The notes beneath the pieces are model-generated. The model was not told the DNA's origin, did not search any database, and worked only from the letters and a program-made list of their open reading frames with translations. From Callorhinchus milii (Eukaryota), in assembly GCF_018977255.1 (NCBI RefSeq), contig NW_024704742.1, positions 36,456,001 through 36,520,000 of the forward strand: DNA of 64,000 nucleotides, in the 5' to 3' direction. The translations under genes were made by a program, and so were the position numbers. Each line of letters starts with the position of its first letter. Position 1 is the stretch's first letter. Below, piece by piece: positions 1-12,339 of the stretch.

Positions 1-380
1 AAAAAGAGTGAAAATGGCAGCGATTACCCTGAAACACACACACACCCTCAGCAGCATTTTTACTATTTACTAAATTTGAGAAAATAAAATCTTCATTTCT
101 CCATTCTTTTGTTCACATCACCAAGCGCTCAAACAAAGATTTTCTATCATACATTTGCAAAAGATACATTCTATGGGTATCCATCCACTGTGGATCATTC
201 ACATCCTATAACTAGATAAATAGGCGATGGGGTTTTCTGCCCCTTACTATTTTTCTTTGGAAACAAAAGCACAACTCTAAATAAAGTATGGATGTTATAT
301 ATTTACAATCCTGCAGAAGATCCATTCAAATGAAATTATTGGGCTATTCCGCTATACTTTGAAGTAATTACAGACTGTAC

Positions 381-542
381 CTGAGCAGATCATTGCTGTT
401 TGGAAAGCCCTGCAGCAAAAGACTGAGCACATTACTGATGGCTGCAATGGTCGGCTGTGACAGAGATGTGTCTCTCAGAGTAAGCAGGAGCTTTGGTATC
501 AATTGGAAATCTCTCATTAACTTGGCATTCCTGGAAGCCTCG
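381..542 (-). CDS. WDFY3: WDFY3 exon E25 (162 nt) EASRNAKLMRDFQLIPKL...PNSNDLL
   Basis: tttccag|CGAGGC ... TCAG|gtacag; phase 2 to 2. Confidence 0.95.
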
Positions 543-648
543 CTGGAAAGTAGAATTGAGGCACATTTATATTCCAAAAGGAATAAGGAGCAAAAAACTT
601 TTAATATATCAGTGTTAAAGGTGAAAGCATTTTAAAGTAATCGAGTAC

Positions 649-722
649 CTTGATTCAGTCAGAAGTTCAATAAAGTGCTCAAACAAAGATAGATGAAGCT
701 CATACGGTGCATTAAGCCAGAC
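649..722 (-). CDS. WDFY3: WDFY3 exon E24 (74 nt) VWLNAPYELHLSLFEHFIELLTES (not in ORF track)
   Basis: tttccag|GTCTGG ... CAAG|gtactc; phase 0 to 2; followed by a 106-nt intron. Confidence 0.95.
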
Positions 723-1275
723 CTGGAAAACAGATGGTGTAGTATGGGTATGTTGTACTTTAACAACATTCACAATTGTTTATATTTGGTTAAACTGCTG
801 CTTTAGGAAGATCATCCCAACTGTGTGGTTGCTTAGAGACAGCAGTTTGTTAATCTCACTAACTACCCACCCTCAGCTCCAATGCCAAACTAGAATTGTT
901 AAGTGCTTTGGGGTGTCCATCCAACGTGAATGGTGCTACAGCAGTGTAAAGTGTATCATATTGTAGAACTAGGCAGTCAGAGGGCCCTTCATGTTCCAGG
1001 CTGTGATTGACTACACTGCTTCCCACTCGTTGAAAGTTTCTGAGGCCTCTCCTGGAATATTTGAGCGTTACAACAAAAAAACAACAAATTGAATTTACAT
1101 AGCGCCTTTCCTGTCAGGAGGATATCAGAAACAAAAAAATGTAATCTGACATTACCTCTTTTGAACATTTGTACTACAAAACCTATGGTGGACAGGCATT
1201 CTCATTTAACTGCACAAACCACTTGAAATTTGCCCTAATGTAAACTGTGACGTGTAGTAATAGTTGACCCAGTGC

Positions 1276-1303
1276 AAACCATACTCAGCTCTGAGTATGG
1301 TTT
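1276..1303. repeat. Perfect 13-bp inverted repeat with 2-nt spacer
   Basis: AAACCATACTCAG-CT-CTGAGTATGGTTT. Confidence 0.93.
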
Positions 1304-1471
1304 CATCTGACCTCCAAATGTGTATCAGATGCATCCGATTATTAAATGAGGCAGCATCCCTAATGGTTGCTCAATACTTCCATGTGCAGAGCCCAGATTC
1401 GAGGACTCAGTAAAATGCAGGTACTGAATTGTATATACTTCAACTTCATTTTACTAAGTGCCAGGTCTTAC

Positions 1472-1624
1472 ATCAAAGTCGCACAGCAGATCCTGGAATC
1501 CATTAGAATTGGGGATGATACTGGTCTCGTGGCCACTGTCAACAGTTCCCACTAGCGAAAATGTGAGATGTAGAATATGACTATTCAGGAGAGATCTCTT
1601 TTTCTTCAGCAGCATTGCCAACAA
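1472..1624 (-). CDS. WDFY3: WDFY3 exon E23 (153 nt) LLAMLLKKKRSLLNSHIL...DLLCDFD
   Basis: gtttcag|TTGTTG ... TGAT|gtaaga; phase 0 to 0. Confidence 0.96.
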
Positions 1625-1732
1625 CTGAAACACACACACATCCAGACATAAAATACCTTATTCAAAAGAAAATCAATCGTAACTAGTAATAGTTTATCAA
1701 TGCACTACAAAGATTACCGTCAACTGTCTACT

Positions 1733-2204
1733 ACAACAACAAAAGTACATTTGTATAATGCCTTTCACTTCGTGAGGATACAGTTGGCGCAGGACAGTCA
1801 GTGTTTAGGACCAGAGCTGAGGATTGGAACTGGGGAGGGTGGAGGGCAGGGGAGGAGAAAGGAGGGAGATCAAAAAGGTTGAAGAGGAAGGTCTTGAGAT
1901 GGGTCTTGAAGGAGGCAAGGGAGGGCGTGAGGCTGAGGGACTGTGGGATGGGAGTTCCAGTGGGTGGGGGCAGAGTGGCTGAAGGCTTGTCCGCTAATGG
2001 TGGGGTGGGCGAGGCGGGGGACGTGAAGCAGGCCAGAGCCGCTGAGTGGAGGGAGTGGGCAGGTTGGTAGGGGGTTAGGAGGTCGCAGAGGTAGGGGGAA
2101 GCAAGGCTATGGAGGGCTTTGAAGGTGAAGACCAGGATCTTGAACTGTATCCTCTGTGTGATGGGAAGCCAGTGGAGTCGTGCGAGGATGGAGGTGATAG
2201 GGTC
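1733..2204 (-). mobile_element. L2 LINE 3' fragment
   Basis: Reverse complement of the 62860-63320 type sequence; (CAA)n tail. Confidence 0.88.
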
Positions 2205-2790
2205 TATTCATTAATGTATTTGCAATTCTCACAAAAGGTCACACCAAAATAGTTAACCGGTCTTTCTCTTTCAGAAGATAATCTGATGTGTATTGACAGT
2301 TGTTAATGGGCTTTATTTTAGATTTCAATCATCCAGTTTTTTTTTAACAAGTGTTTAATGCGATACAACATTTTTGATCCCCAAAAATATATGCAGCTAA
2401 TTATTGCATTCTGCCTGAAGCATTTAAGGCCATCGCTTGTTTCCAAGCATCTCTCTCATCATTTACTATACTTAATCATCCAGACATAATCTATCTTAAT
2501 GCTGCCCATGTACTACACAACTTTCTTTGCGATTGTCTTTTTATGCATGGTTTTAAGAGACACCCATCGAGCATTTTCACACATATAAAATCATTTATTT
2601 TGCCTTAATTAGAACAAATAATAGAGCGGGTGGAGTCCCTTGCCTTTATAATCTGTATTTCCACATTATCTGTTACTGCATTGCTTTAAATCAATAGATA
2701 TTTATGCATTTTTGCTTTAATAAGTTAATGAAACACCACATATTGATCCAACAAGCCCCTTTTTGCTAAAAGTTCCAGTAAAGTTCTTAC

Positions 2791-2981
2791 CTGATAGCCT
2801 TTAATCCTCTCCATCTCTTTACTGGCCAATGCGTTACTTTTTACCACACAGACAAGAGCCTTCACAGCAGCATACAGACCCTCAACATCTGACGCCATTG
2901 CAACAAGACCTAAAATAGCAGCAGCCCCACCAATGTACTGCAATGTTGTAGCAACAGGCTTAGGAACTGAAGTCCTTACGC
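2791..2981 (-). CDS. WDFY3: WDFY3 exon E22 (191 nt) VRTSVPKPVATTLQYIGG...MERIKGYQ
   Basis: ttgacag|GCGTAA ... TCAG|gtaaga; phase 1 to 0. Confidence 0.96.
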
Positions 2982-3807
2982 CTGTCAACACAGAAAGCAA
3001 GTTACATGAAGCTTTGCTTTTTGGAAAAAAAAGTCACAATTAATCTGAGAATTTCACATTTTCTGTAACATCAAAACTTACTAGTCAATAATATTGAAAC
3101 TGAAGAACAAAAGATTAAATATTTCACTTAAGTAGGCGTGATTGTTTTTTAAACAAAAGCGTTAAATAATAGTTATAAACTTAGTATGAAAACAATCATA
3201 TTCTAATCAAATCTATATAAAAAAACACAGGTGACACCCATTGTTGCAGACATGTATTGAAGGGAACATTCAATTTGTTTTAAAATGTTGATATTAACAA
3301 TAAAGAGAGCTTTTTTTTGATATTGGTACAACTTAATATAGACCTCGAACAAATAAAGGTAAAAACCCAAGTCAATAAAATGTTCTTCAAAATGCCACTT
3401 TACCATGAAATGATTTCAAGGATAAAGGCAAAGCACATTAATAAAAAAAGATTGTCTCAATTACACTCACACAATTTTTTTTGTGTAGCTTACAACCGTT
3501 TTAAGTAATTTTTGGAGGGTCAGCCTGGTGTCTGACATATGCAGAAACCCATCAGCATGCTTAAGAGTAGCCGAAACAAGCTGAGATTTCCATGCGTCCC
3601 ACCTACACATGGAAATCTCAGAGACAGATTGTTGGAATGGAATGCACTCTCTCTCCCTGGAGGGGCTCATCCTGTTTACCTAATTCCGGAAAGTATTAGG
3701 CGCAGGTTGGCATGAGCCAAGGTTTGTAAAAAGTAAAGATACAATAATGTGCAATGTGGGATTTCAGATGTGCTCAACTGAAATATTTAGATAAATTAAT
3801 ATTGTAC

Positions 3808-3919
3808 CTAAGTATCCTATTAGAGCTGCGCCAATAGTCCGTGCTGGTCCATTTAAATGTCCTGCGGCATTGTGTAATAGTTTCACAGGTGTAGCATTTT
3901 CATGGGAAGAAATGGCCAT
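3808..3919 (-). CDS. WDFY3: WDFY3 exon E21 (112 nt) MAISSHENATPVKLLHNAAGHLNGPARTIGAALIGYL
   Basis: tgtacag|ATGGCC ... TTAG|gtacaa; phase 0 to 1. Confidence 0.95.
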
Positions 3920-4304
3920 CTGTACAACACAGGAAAATGAATAATTATCAGTTGAGAACAAAATCTGACCAGTCACACCCAACTCATGGACAGAGGCTAT
4001 GTTAACTGTGTTATAGAGAATAAGGAGGTTAACGTAGTCTCCCCATTATGGAGGATATAAAACCGACATTTCAACACTGAAGTAGAGATGATAGAAAGGG
4101 GGAAAGAGCAAGAGAGAAGGACACACATACAAACCCATATGCATGGACACAGATTTCAAACAGAACACAAATTATCAGGAAAATTGGGTCAGGCTGGTGC
4201 ACTGAACAAGCAATGCCTAGTGGTAGTCTGATCCTCTGATGCAAAACTAGGGTTGGTGCGGAAAAACATTCCTTTCTTGAAACATTGCTTTTAGGATTTT
4301 TAGA

Positions 4305-4570
4305 GCCTCACTGAGCCAGTCCAGAACCTTGGGATCTTGTTTGACCCTCAACTGTCCTTTCTACCCCAGATCCGAGCCATGACCTTCCCCCACCTCCGCA
4401 ACATCGCCCGGCTCTGTCACTGCCTCCCCCTCAGGCTGCCCACCCTTTGGAACTCCATCCCACAGTCCCTTCACTTTGCTCTCTCCCTTGCACGTTTCAA
4501 AACCCTCCTCTTTGGCCATGCCTTTGGTCATCCTCCGACACCTACGCTCCCTGTCCTCCACCCTTCCTGT
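4305..4570 (+). mobile_element. L2 LINE fragment with internal deletion
   Basis: gaaccttgggatcttgtttgaccc ... tggaactccatccc segments match the longer L2 copies. Confidence 0.8.
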
Positions 4571-4708
4571 CGCATATTATTACCTATCTTTAGTTTCTAC
4601 TGAGAATTGGAATATGAAAATACCAAGTAAAACACTACCAGGCTGGCATTTGAGAACAGGATCATAATTTTTAAGATTGTTCAGCTCCACTGAATGAAAA
4701 CCTCTCAC

Positions 4709-4869
4709 CTGTTTTGCTATTGTTTTGCTGTCCACTTTGTTGTAATTCTTTCGAATCTTGGCCACTGTTAGCGTAGAAACAGACAATGCATACAGTGCAA
4801 ATGATACTTTTTCCTCAGGAACCAAGCTGGTGGGGGATGGAATAACTGTTTCTAACTTGGAATCCTTAC
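4709..4869 (-). CDS. WDFY3: WDFY3 exon E20 (161 nt) KDSKLETVIPSPTSLVPEEKV...KTIAKQ
   Basis: tgtaaag|GTAAGG (AAG-type acceptor) ... ACAG|gtgaga; phase 1 to 0. Confidence 0.93.
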
Positions 4870-5203
4870 CTTTACAAGAGGGAGTAAGCAGATTAGCACA
4901 AAAAGTCAGCATACACATACAGCTTGAAAGAAGACAGAAACTTTAAACAAATCTATCAACGGCAAATAAATATTCAAAGAGCCCATTTGTAAAATAAGTT
5001 ATTGAAATGATACAGGGCAATGGGCACTTTGCTGCATGCCTATTAAATATCATTGGTGTCATTATATTCAGTCCATTTAGAAATGGCTTAAAAACAATAA
5101 AACAAAGATCATTCTTAAGGCTGAAAAACGCACAATTTATAATTTAATCAAAGTTGCACTTTGTACCGCTTCCAATTTTCACCTCTTATAATAATAACAT
5201 AAG

Positions 5204-5441
5204 AAACCTTGGGCAAGTTTCCTTACTCCAGACGCCTAATAATAATCCCTCCAAAAACAAAACAATAATAAATTGGTCATTTTCAATCCACCACTGTTTG
5301 AAGGGACATTGTTGTGCGCAATTGGCTGTTGCGTTTCGCCTATAAATATACATTCAATTCACTTTACAGTCTGTTCTGTGAAGCTCTTTGAGATGTCGAG
5401 AAGACGTGAAAAGCGCTATATCAAATGCAAGTATTATTATT
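5204..5441 (+). mobile_element. Headless copy of the SINE with 10-bp TSD
   Basis: Begins aaaccttgggcaagtttcc; ATAACATAAG at 5194-5203 and 5442-5451. Confidence 0.88.
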
Positions 5442-8410
5442 ATAACATAAGCATTGCTATCCTTGCATTTGATATAGCTCCTTATCATGTTGTTGAAATG
5501 TCTCAAAGCGCTTCACAGAATATACTGTAAAGTGAATTGACTGTATATTTTGTGGACAAAACGCACTGAAGCGAATGCCTCATGCTTCTAGTTTAGTTCC
5601 AATAGAATATTCAATGCAAGATGTAACACTCACCCCCAGAACAAACCATGCATTGACAGAAAGCACTGAAGGAACCCAGTCCAAATGTTCTCTAAAATAA
5701 ATTCTATTACACTATGGGTACTGTGATCATTGATTGTATGATTATTTTATATGTGAAAACCTGAATTTCATATCTGTGAAGCATTGATTGATTCTAAGCA
5801 GTGAAACTGTACATCATTCTTAACAGAATAAATCTGCATAATTGTGGCACAGTGAGGATATTATTCTTGAACAATACATTGTCCAAGTATTACCCTTAAT
5901 TCAAATAAAAAAATACAGGGATAGGGACAGATAATTGGTATTGTTTTATTTATTACATTAGTTCGGTGTGCAAGGAAAACAATAAAAAAAATTCAATTTA
6001 TTGCTTTTTGCTACAGGGGTGACTTTCAATGACAGCACATCACTTTTGATTGACTGGAGAAAGTTTGGGGTATTTTTGCTCGCAACTTTTAATGATGTTA
6101 CGATGACAATATCTTACTTATTCAGCAAAGTATGAGGATATCGTTGCGATAATTCACTGCAAAGATATACACAGCGACACAGTTGACACTGGAAATCCCA
6201 ATTTAACTTTCGCAAAGGCAAGGATAATTTACGCTGAAATAATGTCAGAACTGTTACAGTTTTCCTCCTATTTACCATATCCATTTTTCCCTTCAGGGAT
6301 ATACTCCTGTTATTTTCAAGCTTATAAATAGTAACAAACTAATGGTTTCAGACAAGCGTAGATCATTAACTCATCCTGAGCACCCATCCAATAACCCAAA
6401 CGTTCCTTTCCCATTTGTATCCTGACCTAATAACCCTGAATCTTTTACTTTCCAAGAACCTTTCCTAGTTCCTTTCCGAAACTATTTAGTTTCCTGATGC
6501 ACCAGCTGCACGGGCACAGTGGAACCCCTTATTCCACATTTGTTACAGCGCTGATCATTTATAACATGAATTGCATATGGCCCCCATTCTTTGCTCAGGC
6601 ACCACAGATGGTAGGCTCAGGCTTGCCATCACGCAAAATCAAAGTAAGAACAGCAATTGTGGCCTCATTACAAGGCCGGTTATGGAATGTCAACCACTGC
6701 TTAATAATCAGAGTTTAAAGAAAGCCTGTTTAATGTTTGTTTGTTTCACATGCCCATCACCCTTTCACTAATAATGAAACTCTTGCCCTTTTTGGTTCCG
6801 TTATCTTTATCTTGAAGCTATGAGTTCAAGTTAATGTCAATGCTATTTTCAATGACATGCAAAGTTCTGAAGCTAGATTTCAACACAATCATTGGCATAC
6901 AAGTGGAATAGCCCTGAGGATAAGAATATAAAGCAAACCAGAGAATACCTTTTATTTCACGTGCAATTTACCCAAGACATTCACATATACAAGAAGGGTG
7001 TATTAGACTAAGACACTTGTGCACTGTTCTTTATATGATGTATTACTATTGCTTTACATTTTTGTTCTTATTCATTTATAAGAGAAAATGGAGACCATAA
7101 AATTGCTATTGTAATGGAAGCTTGTCTCAGTTGGCAGTTTTTCCTCCTGTCGGTCAAAATTGTTGCGACTCAAATTCATAATTTAGGGGGGCACTCTAGG
7201 TTGGGGCTTGGAGAGAGTGTAATACTACATCTGGTTGCTATAATGAGGTTTTGTCTGCTTATTCTTTGGATAGATATTAAAGATTCTAGCAACACTATTG
7301 AAAAATCCTTCAATCCAACAATCCTTCACATGAATTAGTTATTCAATTCTTAGCTATTTGTGGGGTACTGCTACTTTTGCCTACAAAAACACTCAATAGA
7401 CCTTACAAAATTGCCCTGTGAATTACCTATGAAACATATGGCTGATAAGTGTCAAAGGGCTCTTTAACATCCACCCGAAGAAGTTCAAATTCAATTATAC
7501 TAAAAGAATAAATTGGTCAAACTGATTTTTTCTTTGAAAAAACGATTTGCTATTTTACCTTAAATTAACGCAAGGAAGCCATGACTTGCTTAGTCATATT
7601 AATGCTTATGATTAGAGTACAAACATTCTGCGGTAAAGTTGGTTAGAAATTTTCAAAACGCTGTAATCCTGAGAGTTTCTGAAAACATTCTGTAGAGGAA
7701 ATTCAATGACCTGAAAGATCACTCAATGTGAAAAGGGTTTGAGAGCATTACAGGTCATGTTTGTAACCTCAGGGAGTGGGGCAAAATCAGCTCTTGAACT
7801 GAATGAGAGAAAAAGTGAGAATGCAACACAGCCATATTTCACTCCCTTTTAAGTGGAAGATTTTGTTTTCCATTAAGATCCAAGACTGATAAAATAACAG
7901 CATGAGACAAGTGTGGGAACATCATGCTTATATCAATGTGTTGAGCACAAGAAATGCAAGTGAGAGGGATTTTCAACAGATAAATACAAACTGGGGAATC
8001 TGATGCAAGAATCAGTGACAGGTATCTCATCCCTTGTGAGCAGAGATCTACCAGGCCAAATATACTCTACAATAATAACTTGCATTTATATATAGCATCT
8101 TCAGCATAGGATAAACTTATTGAAGCATTTCACAAAGTTTAGGAACACAAGCAGAGAGGAAAGAGGGAGAATTTGACAGTGTTGACCAAAGACACAGACA
8201 AAAATCAAACTTTTATTTCCCAAGATGATTTTGAAGGCAGAGAAAGTGCAAGACAAAAAGATTTTAGATTGCAGAAAGCTGGGGTACAATTGCTAAAGGT
8301 GCAGCCACTGATGGTAGGACTGAGGGAGTAAAGAGCATTTAATTCAAAATTACATTCATTTGGAAAAAATTAGGATTTTATACATAGATTTGAAGCATTT
8401 GTTTACTTAC

Positions 8411-8642
8411 ATGGAACACACACAGCTTGGAAGCTTCCAATGTAGTTTGGTCCTAGTTCATAAATGGTGCTGATGCTAGAAGCAGGTAAAACATCCTCCA
8501 GGAAGTGAGTTGGTCCAAGACGCCACACTAGTGGTGAGATATGGCGCTGAGCTGGAGGTGAACCAATATAGCCATACACTGTACTCGCAACTGGTAGATT
8601 GGCTGAGCCTGACCCGCCAGGAGAACTGTGAATATAGTGAAG
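8411..8642 (-). CDS. WDFY3: WDFY3 exon E19 (232 nt) LHYIHSSPGGSGSAN...GSFQAVCVP
   Basis: tttccag|CTTCAC ... CCAT|gtaagt; phase 0 to 1. Confidence 0.96.
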
Positions 8643-8769
8643 CTGGAAAGAGGAACAAACACACAAAATAAATATATTCAGAGTTTATAGCTATATATTC
8701 TACATTTCAAACAGATTCCAAAGGAATGTGTTTTTTCTATAAAAAAGAAAACTGTTGGGATTAAATCAA

Positions 8770-8930
8770 AATCTTGGAACTTGTTACCTAACATCATCTC
8801 TACCAGTACTCCAACAATTTAAAAGAAAAGGCACACCACCACCTTCTTGGGTCAACCAGGGATGAGTAATAAATGCTGACATAAGCCAGGATCATCCACA
8901 TCCCGAGAATGAGTCAGTGAACAAATAAAT
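8770..8930 (+). mobile_element. 3' end of another CR1-clade LINE
   Basis: tcttggaac...caccaccaccttct...agggatgagtaataaatgctg...ccacatccc resembles a recalled shark LINE terminus. Confidence 0.5.
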
Positions 8931-9028
8931 ACCAAGTAACACTTTCAAATGAATAACTGCATTTTGTTGCTATCACAATACTAGCTTCAGATGCAAATCA
9001 GAATTTGGAATTTAATTACGTACACTGA

Positions 9029-9247
9029 GGACCTAAATTTGCACCAAGTTTTAGCCTATAAGACTGTTTTGTCTTACAATTTAAGATCGTGCAAAATGAG
9101 GGAAATTTCATAAGGACTAAATTTGGTATCCGTTTTCTTAAATAGAACCTGCTTTGCTGTATGTGAGAATTTTCCACAATGCTGCAAAATCTTAAAGTGC
9201 ATCACAAAACAATCTAACTGTCTAAGACTAGGTGGAATTTCAGACCT
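9029..9247. mobile_element. Degenerate fold-back MITE, PIF/Harbinger-like
   Basis: Left and right ~85-nt arms are imperfect inverted repeats (GGACCTAAATTTGCACCAAGTTTTAG vs rc AGGTCTGAAATTCCACCTAGTCTTAG); TGA on both flanks. Confidence 0.6.
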
Positions 9248-12006
9248 TGAGTACCCACACGGTTCATTCTTTGAGTAACCAAAATTGCCTTTATGTAATT
9301 TTTTTGCTGTAAAATTAACAAAATTACTAACACTATATATTGAGAGAATTTTTATTAAATAAGATGATAGAGTTCTATTAGAAAAAATAATATTCTAGTG
9401 AACTGGGTAATTCTAGATTGTTTGAATGAATGATTCGGTTGTTTAACAAAATATTGCCAAAGGAGGCATTAACAGCAAGCTTGGAGTTGTATTTTAAGGC
9501 AGAGGGTAACATTTATTCATTGAACACTGCAGTCCCACCACAATTTGTTTTACTGGGAATATGGTCTGTGAGTGCTAGGAGACCATTTTTAAAAGCCTGA
9601 TCCATCTGTAATAGTTTGTTTCTCACATGGAAGATCCCACCGGGTCCAATTAGTCCCGCTCACACCAGTAGAGCTCAGCCCAAGCCATGCTGACTGATAG
9701 AAGCACTGGTTACCCCCGTTCTTGCCTGGGCAGCAATTTACAAAGATTTACAATGTTTGAAAGTGACCCTAGATTTGTGAACCAAGTTGTCTGGTAGTCA
9801 CAGGGACAAAATGCTGCAATAAATTAAGTTACAATATTGGAAATCAGTAATGGAATTGACTTTGAAACAAATGAAACTGAATTGTAATGACATTTATAAA
9901 TTTAAATAATGTATATTTTTATCGGCTTTATAAATTCTACTGCTAAGAGCTCGCAAGAGCAGAACAGTCCATCTCTGGTGTCAGATCATTTTTCAACTTT
10001 TGACATAAAATATTGTTCAACGGGTGCCAAAAAAAGCAATTCTGGCAAATCCTACCAACTGTGATGCAGACCTCAAAAGAGTATCGATAGTCAAATATTT
10101 TATTCTTTTTAAGGAATAAACCAGACACGATGATACATTTTGATTTTGGTCGAGTGGCAAATTGGAACAATTCTCAATGGGTTGTTTTGTCCCCTAGGTT
10201 TAAAAGCCAGTGTAATGAGGGCTTATCTCCATATCATGTGACAAGATTTCCTCATTGTCCTGCACTCGGAATGATAGACAGGCAGCTCAGAACCTAATGT
10301 CATCTTTTATTAAATATGCAAACTATGAATTTTAAGTATCTTTTAATTTGTGCAACACTGTACTGCTAATTTTGCAGGAGCCATTTATTTGAGCACATAT
10401 TGTTGGTTTAATTAAAAAACTGCAGGGAAATGCAGATTTGACAGATTTTAATTCTGCAGACAAAGGAAATCCATAGAGTGAATTAAATAGTGTGCACACA
10501 ATTCAAGTGTGGCACAGGATTCTGTAAAGATCAGAGCTAAATTATAATTTACTAGACAATAGCAATATTTCAGTTGAGGTGAAATGTTCAATTCCAGATT
10601 TTCAATGCACTTTGCTTTTAAATTTTTAATAATAACGTAACCACAATTTATCTAAAGTAGGTAGTTTATAACTTTTTTATAATTAAAAAAGATTGCTTCA
10701 TGTCAATCAGCATTTAAATCTCCAATTTTGCCTTATGCAGGGACTAAGATAGTTTGTAAAATGGAATGGTGCATCTGGAAGATGTTAGCTGGGTAATCCA
10801 TATATGAATTACCCACAATATTGCTACAATAAGAACATTTCTTTGTATTAGGTTGATTGACATTCTACGCTGATCAATTCTAATTACTAAAATCTTTAGT
10901 TTTTTTAAAAAAAAACTTACATGTTCTTCTGCCAATTTCTCCTGCTATATATTTTGAAACCTAATAGAAATGTAAAGACCAAAAGAATACTTTTCACAGT
11001 TTTAGCTTTGTTTTGTTGACCTCAACAGTTAAATTCAAGTTCTGTTTACATAAGGTTTTAGGTGTTCTAACGCTGCCCTGATTCAAACACTGTATTAAAC
11101 TGATTGTCCCGCTTTGGCAAAAACTAGAAAGATTACATTTTCAATGAAACTGCCAGGTTTCATTAGCAGAATGTAAAAGCTTGTGAAAAAAAATCCTACA
11201 CGATTATTAGGAGTAAAGCTGGCAAGGAAATCCAGTTAAATAATAGTTGGTCAATTCAATAAATAAAACGATTTGCAGAACACCTACCTGACTTTTAATT
11301 AGCTGAGATATAGTGTTTCAATCCAAAATGTTTGATGTCTTCAGTCTCGAGGCATATGAAATAATTTTAAATAAAGTCTAATTTTAAATAAAGCCAAGGA
11401 TTTTTCTGTTGTTCCGATTTCATAACTTCAGCCTTGTCCAGTTTGCAGTGCCATCATATGCCAAGGGGCCACAGCTGGATGTGCCCATTCAGATACTAGA
11501 GTCATTAGTTGATCGTGTGGGAGAGGGCGCTCTGTCACATTTAAATTAGATTCTAAACACATGGGATCTTCTGGGAATTGACATAGCTGGCCACCCAATC
11601 ACTTCAATCACTTTTGATTAGCTGACGGAAATTAATATCTCGACAGGAACAAAAGATCTCCCGCTGGGTGAATATGAAGATAAAACTATGAATAATCATT
11701 ACACAAAAAAAACCTTGATGGGGAACCTCGGATTGCAATCCTTGAACGATATAAAGAGCCAACTGATGCTGTGGTGATTAATCATTTTAATTAGTTATCT
11801 TGGGTACAGGATCACTAATCTAGTAATGTCGACACATTTTTTTCCCAAAAAAGGACACCATAAGGTTGACCCAAAGTACCAAAGGAATATAAAGAGATTT
11901 TGAAATATGTTGCTTAAAAGAGTTTTGGTAAAAGTGCTATTTTTGCTTTTAAACTGCTACAGGTTCGAGTCAAATGACAGTAATGCACTCAATCAGGAAA
12001 ACATAC

Positions 12007-12188
12007 CTTGACTGTGTTAACATGCTGACCATCCACGTACAATGTAGCAGTGCTGTTCTTCAGCATGCCTTTGCTCATCACAAGCACCAAATGATGCCAC
12101 TGTCCCTCATTAATCAGATCAGTACACCGGAATCGTGCACAGCAAGGGAGAATCTCATAGAAAGAGGACTCCTCACTGAAATCATCAA
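12007..12188 (-). CDS. WDFY3: WDFY3 exon E18 (182 nt) DDFSEESSFYEILPCCARFRCTDLINEGQWHHLVLVMSKGMLKNSTATLYVDGQHVNTVK (not in ORF track)
   Basis: tttttag|TTGATG ... CAAG|gtatgt; ConA/LamG-like WHH and LYVDG motifs; phase 1 to 0. Confidence 0.96.
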
Positions 12189-12339
12189 CTAAAAATAGAT
12201 AGAAACAATTCAGAGTTTTAGAGACTCATCACTCAGCAGGTCATACTGTGACAGTGTCACTCAACAACAGCACTCTGCAAAAACTAAATAAACAGCATGC
12301 TACACAGGCTCCTATATTCATGATGCCTGAAAGCACAGA

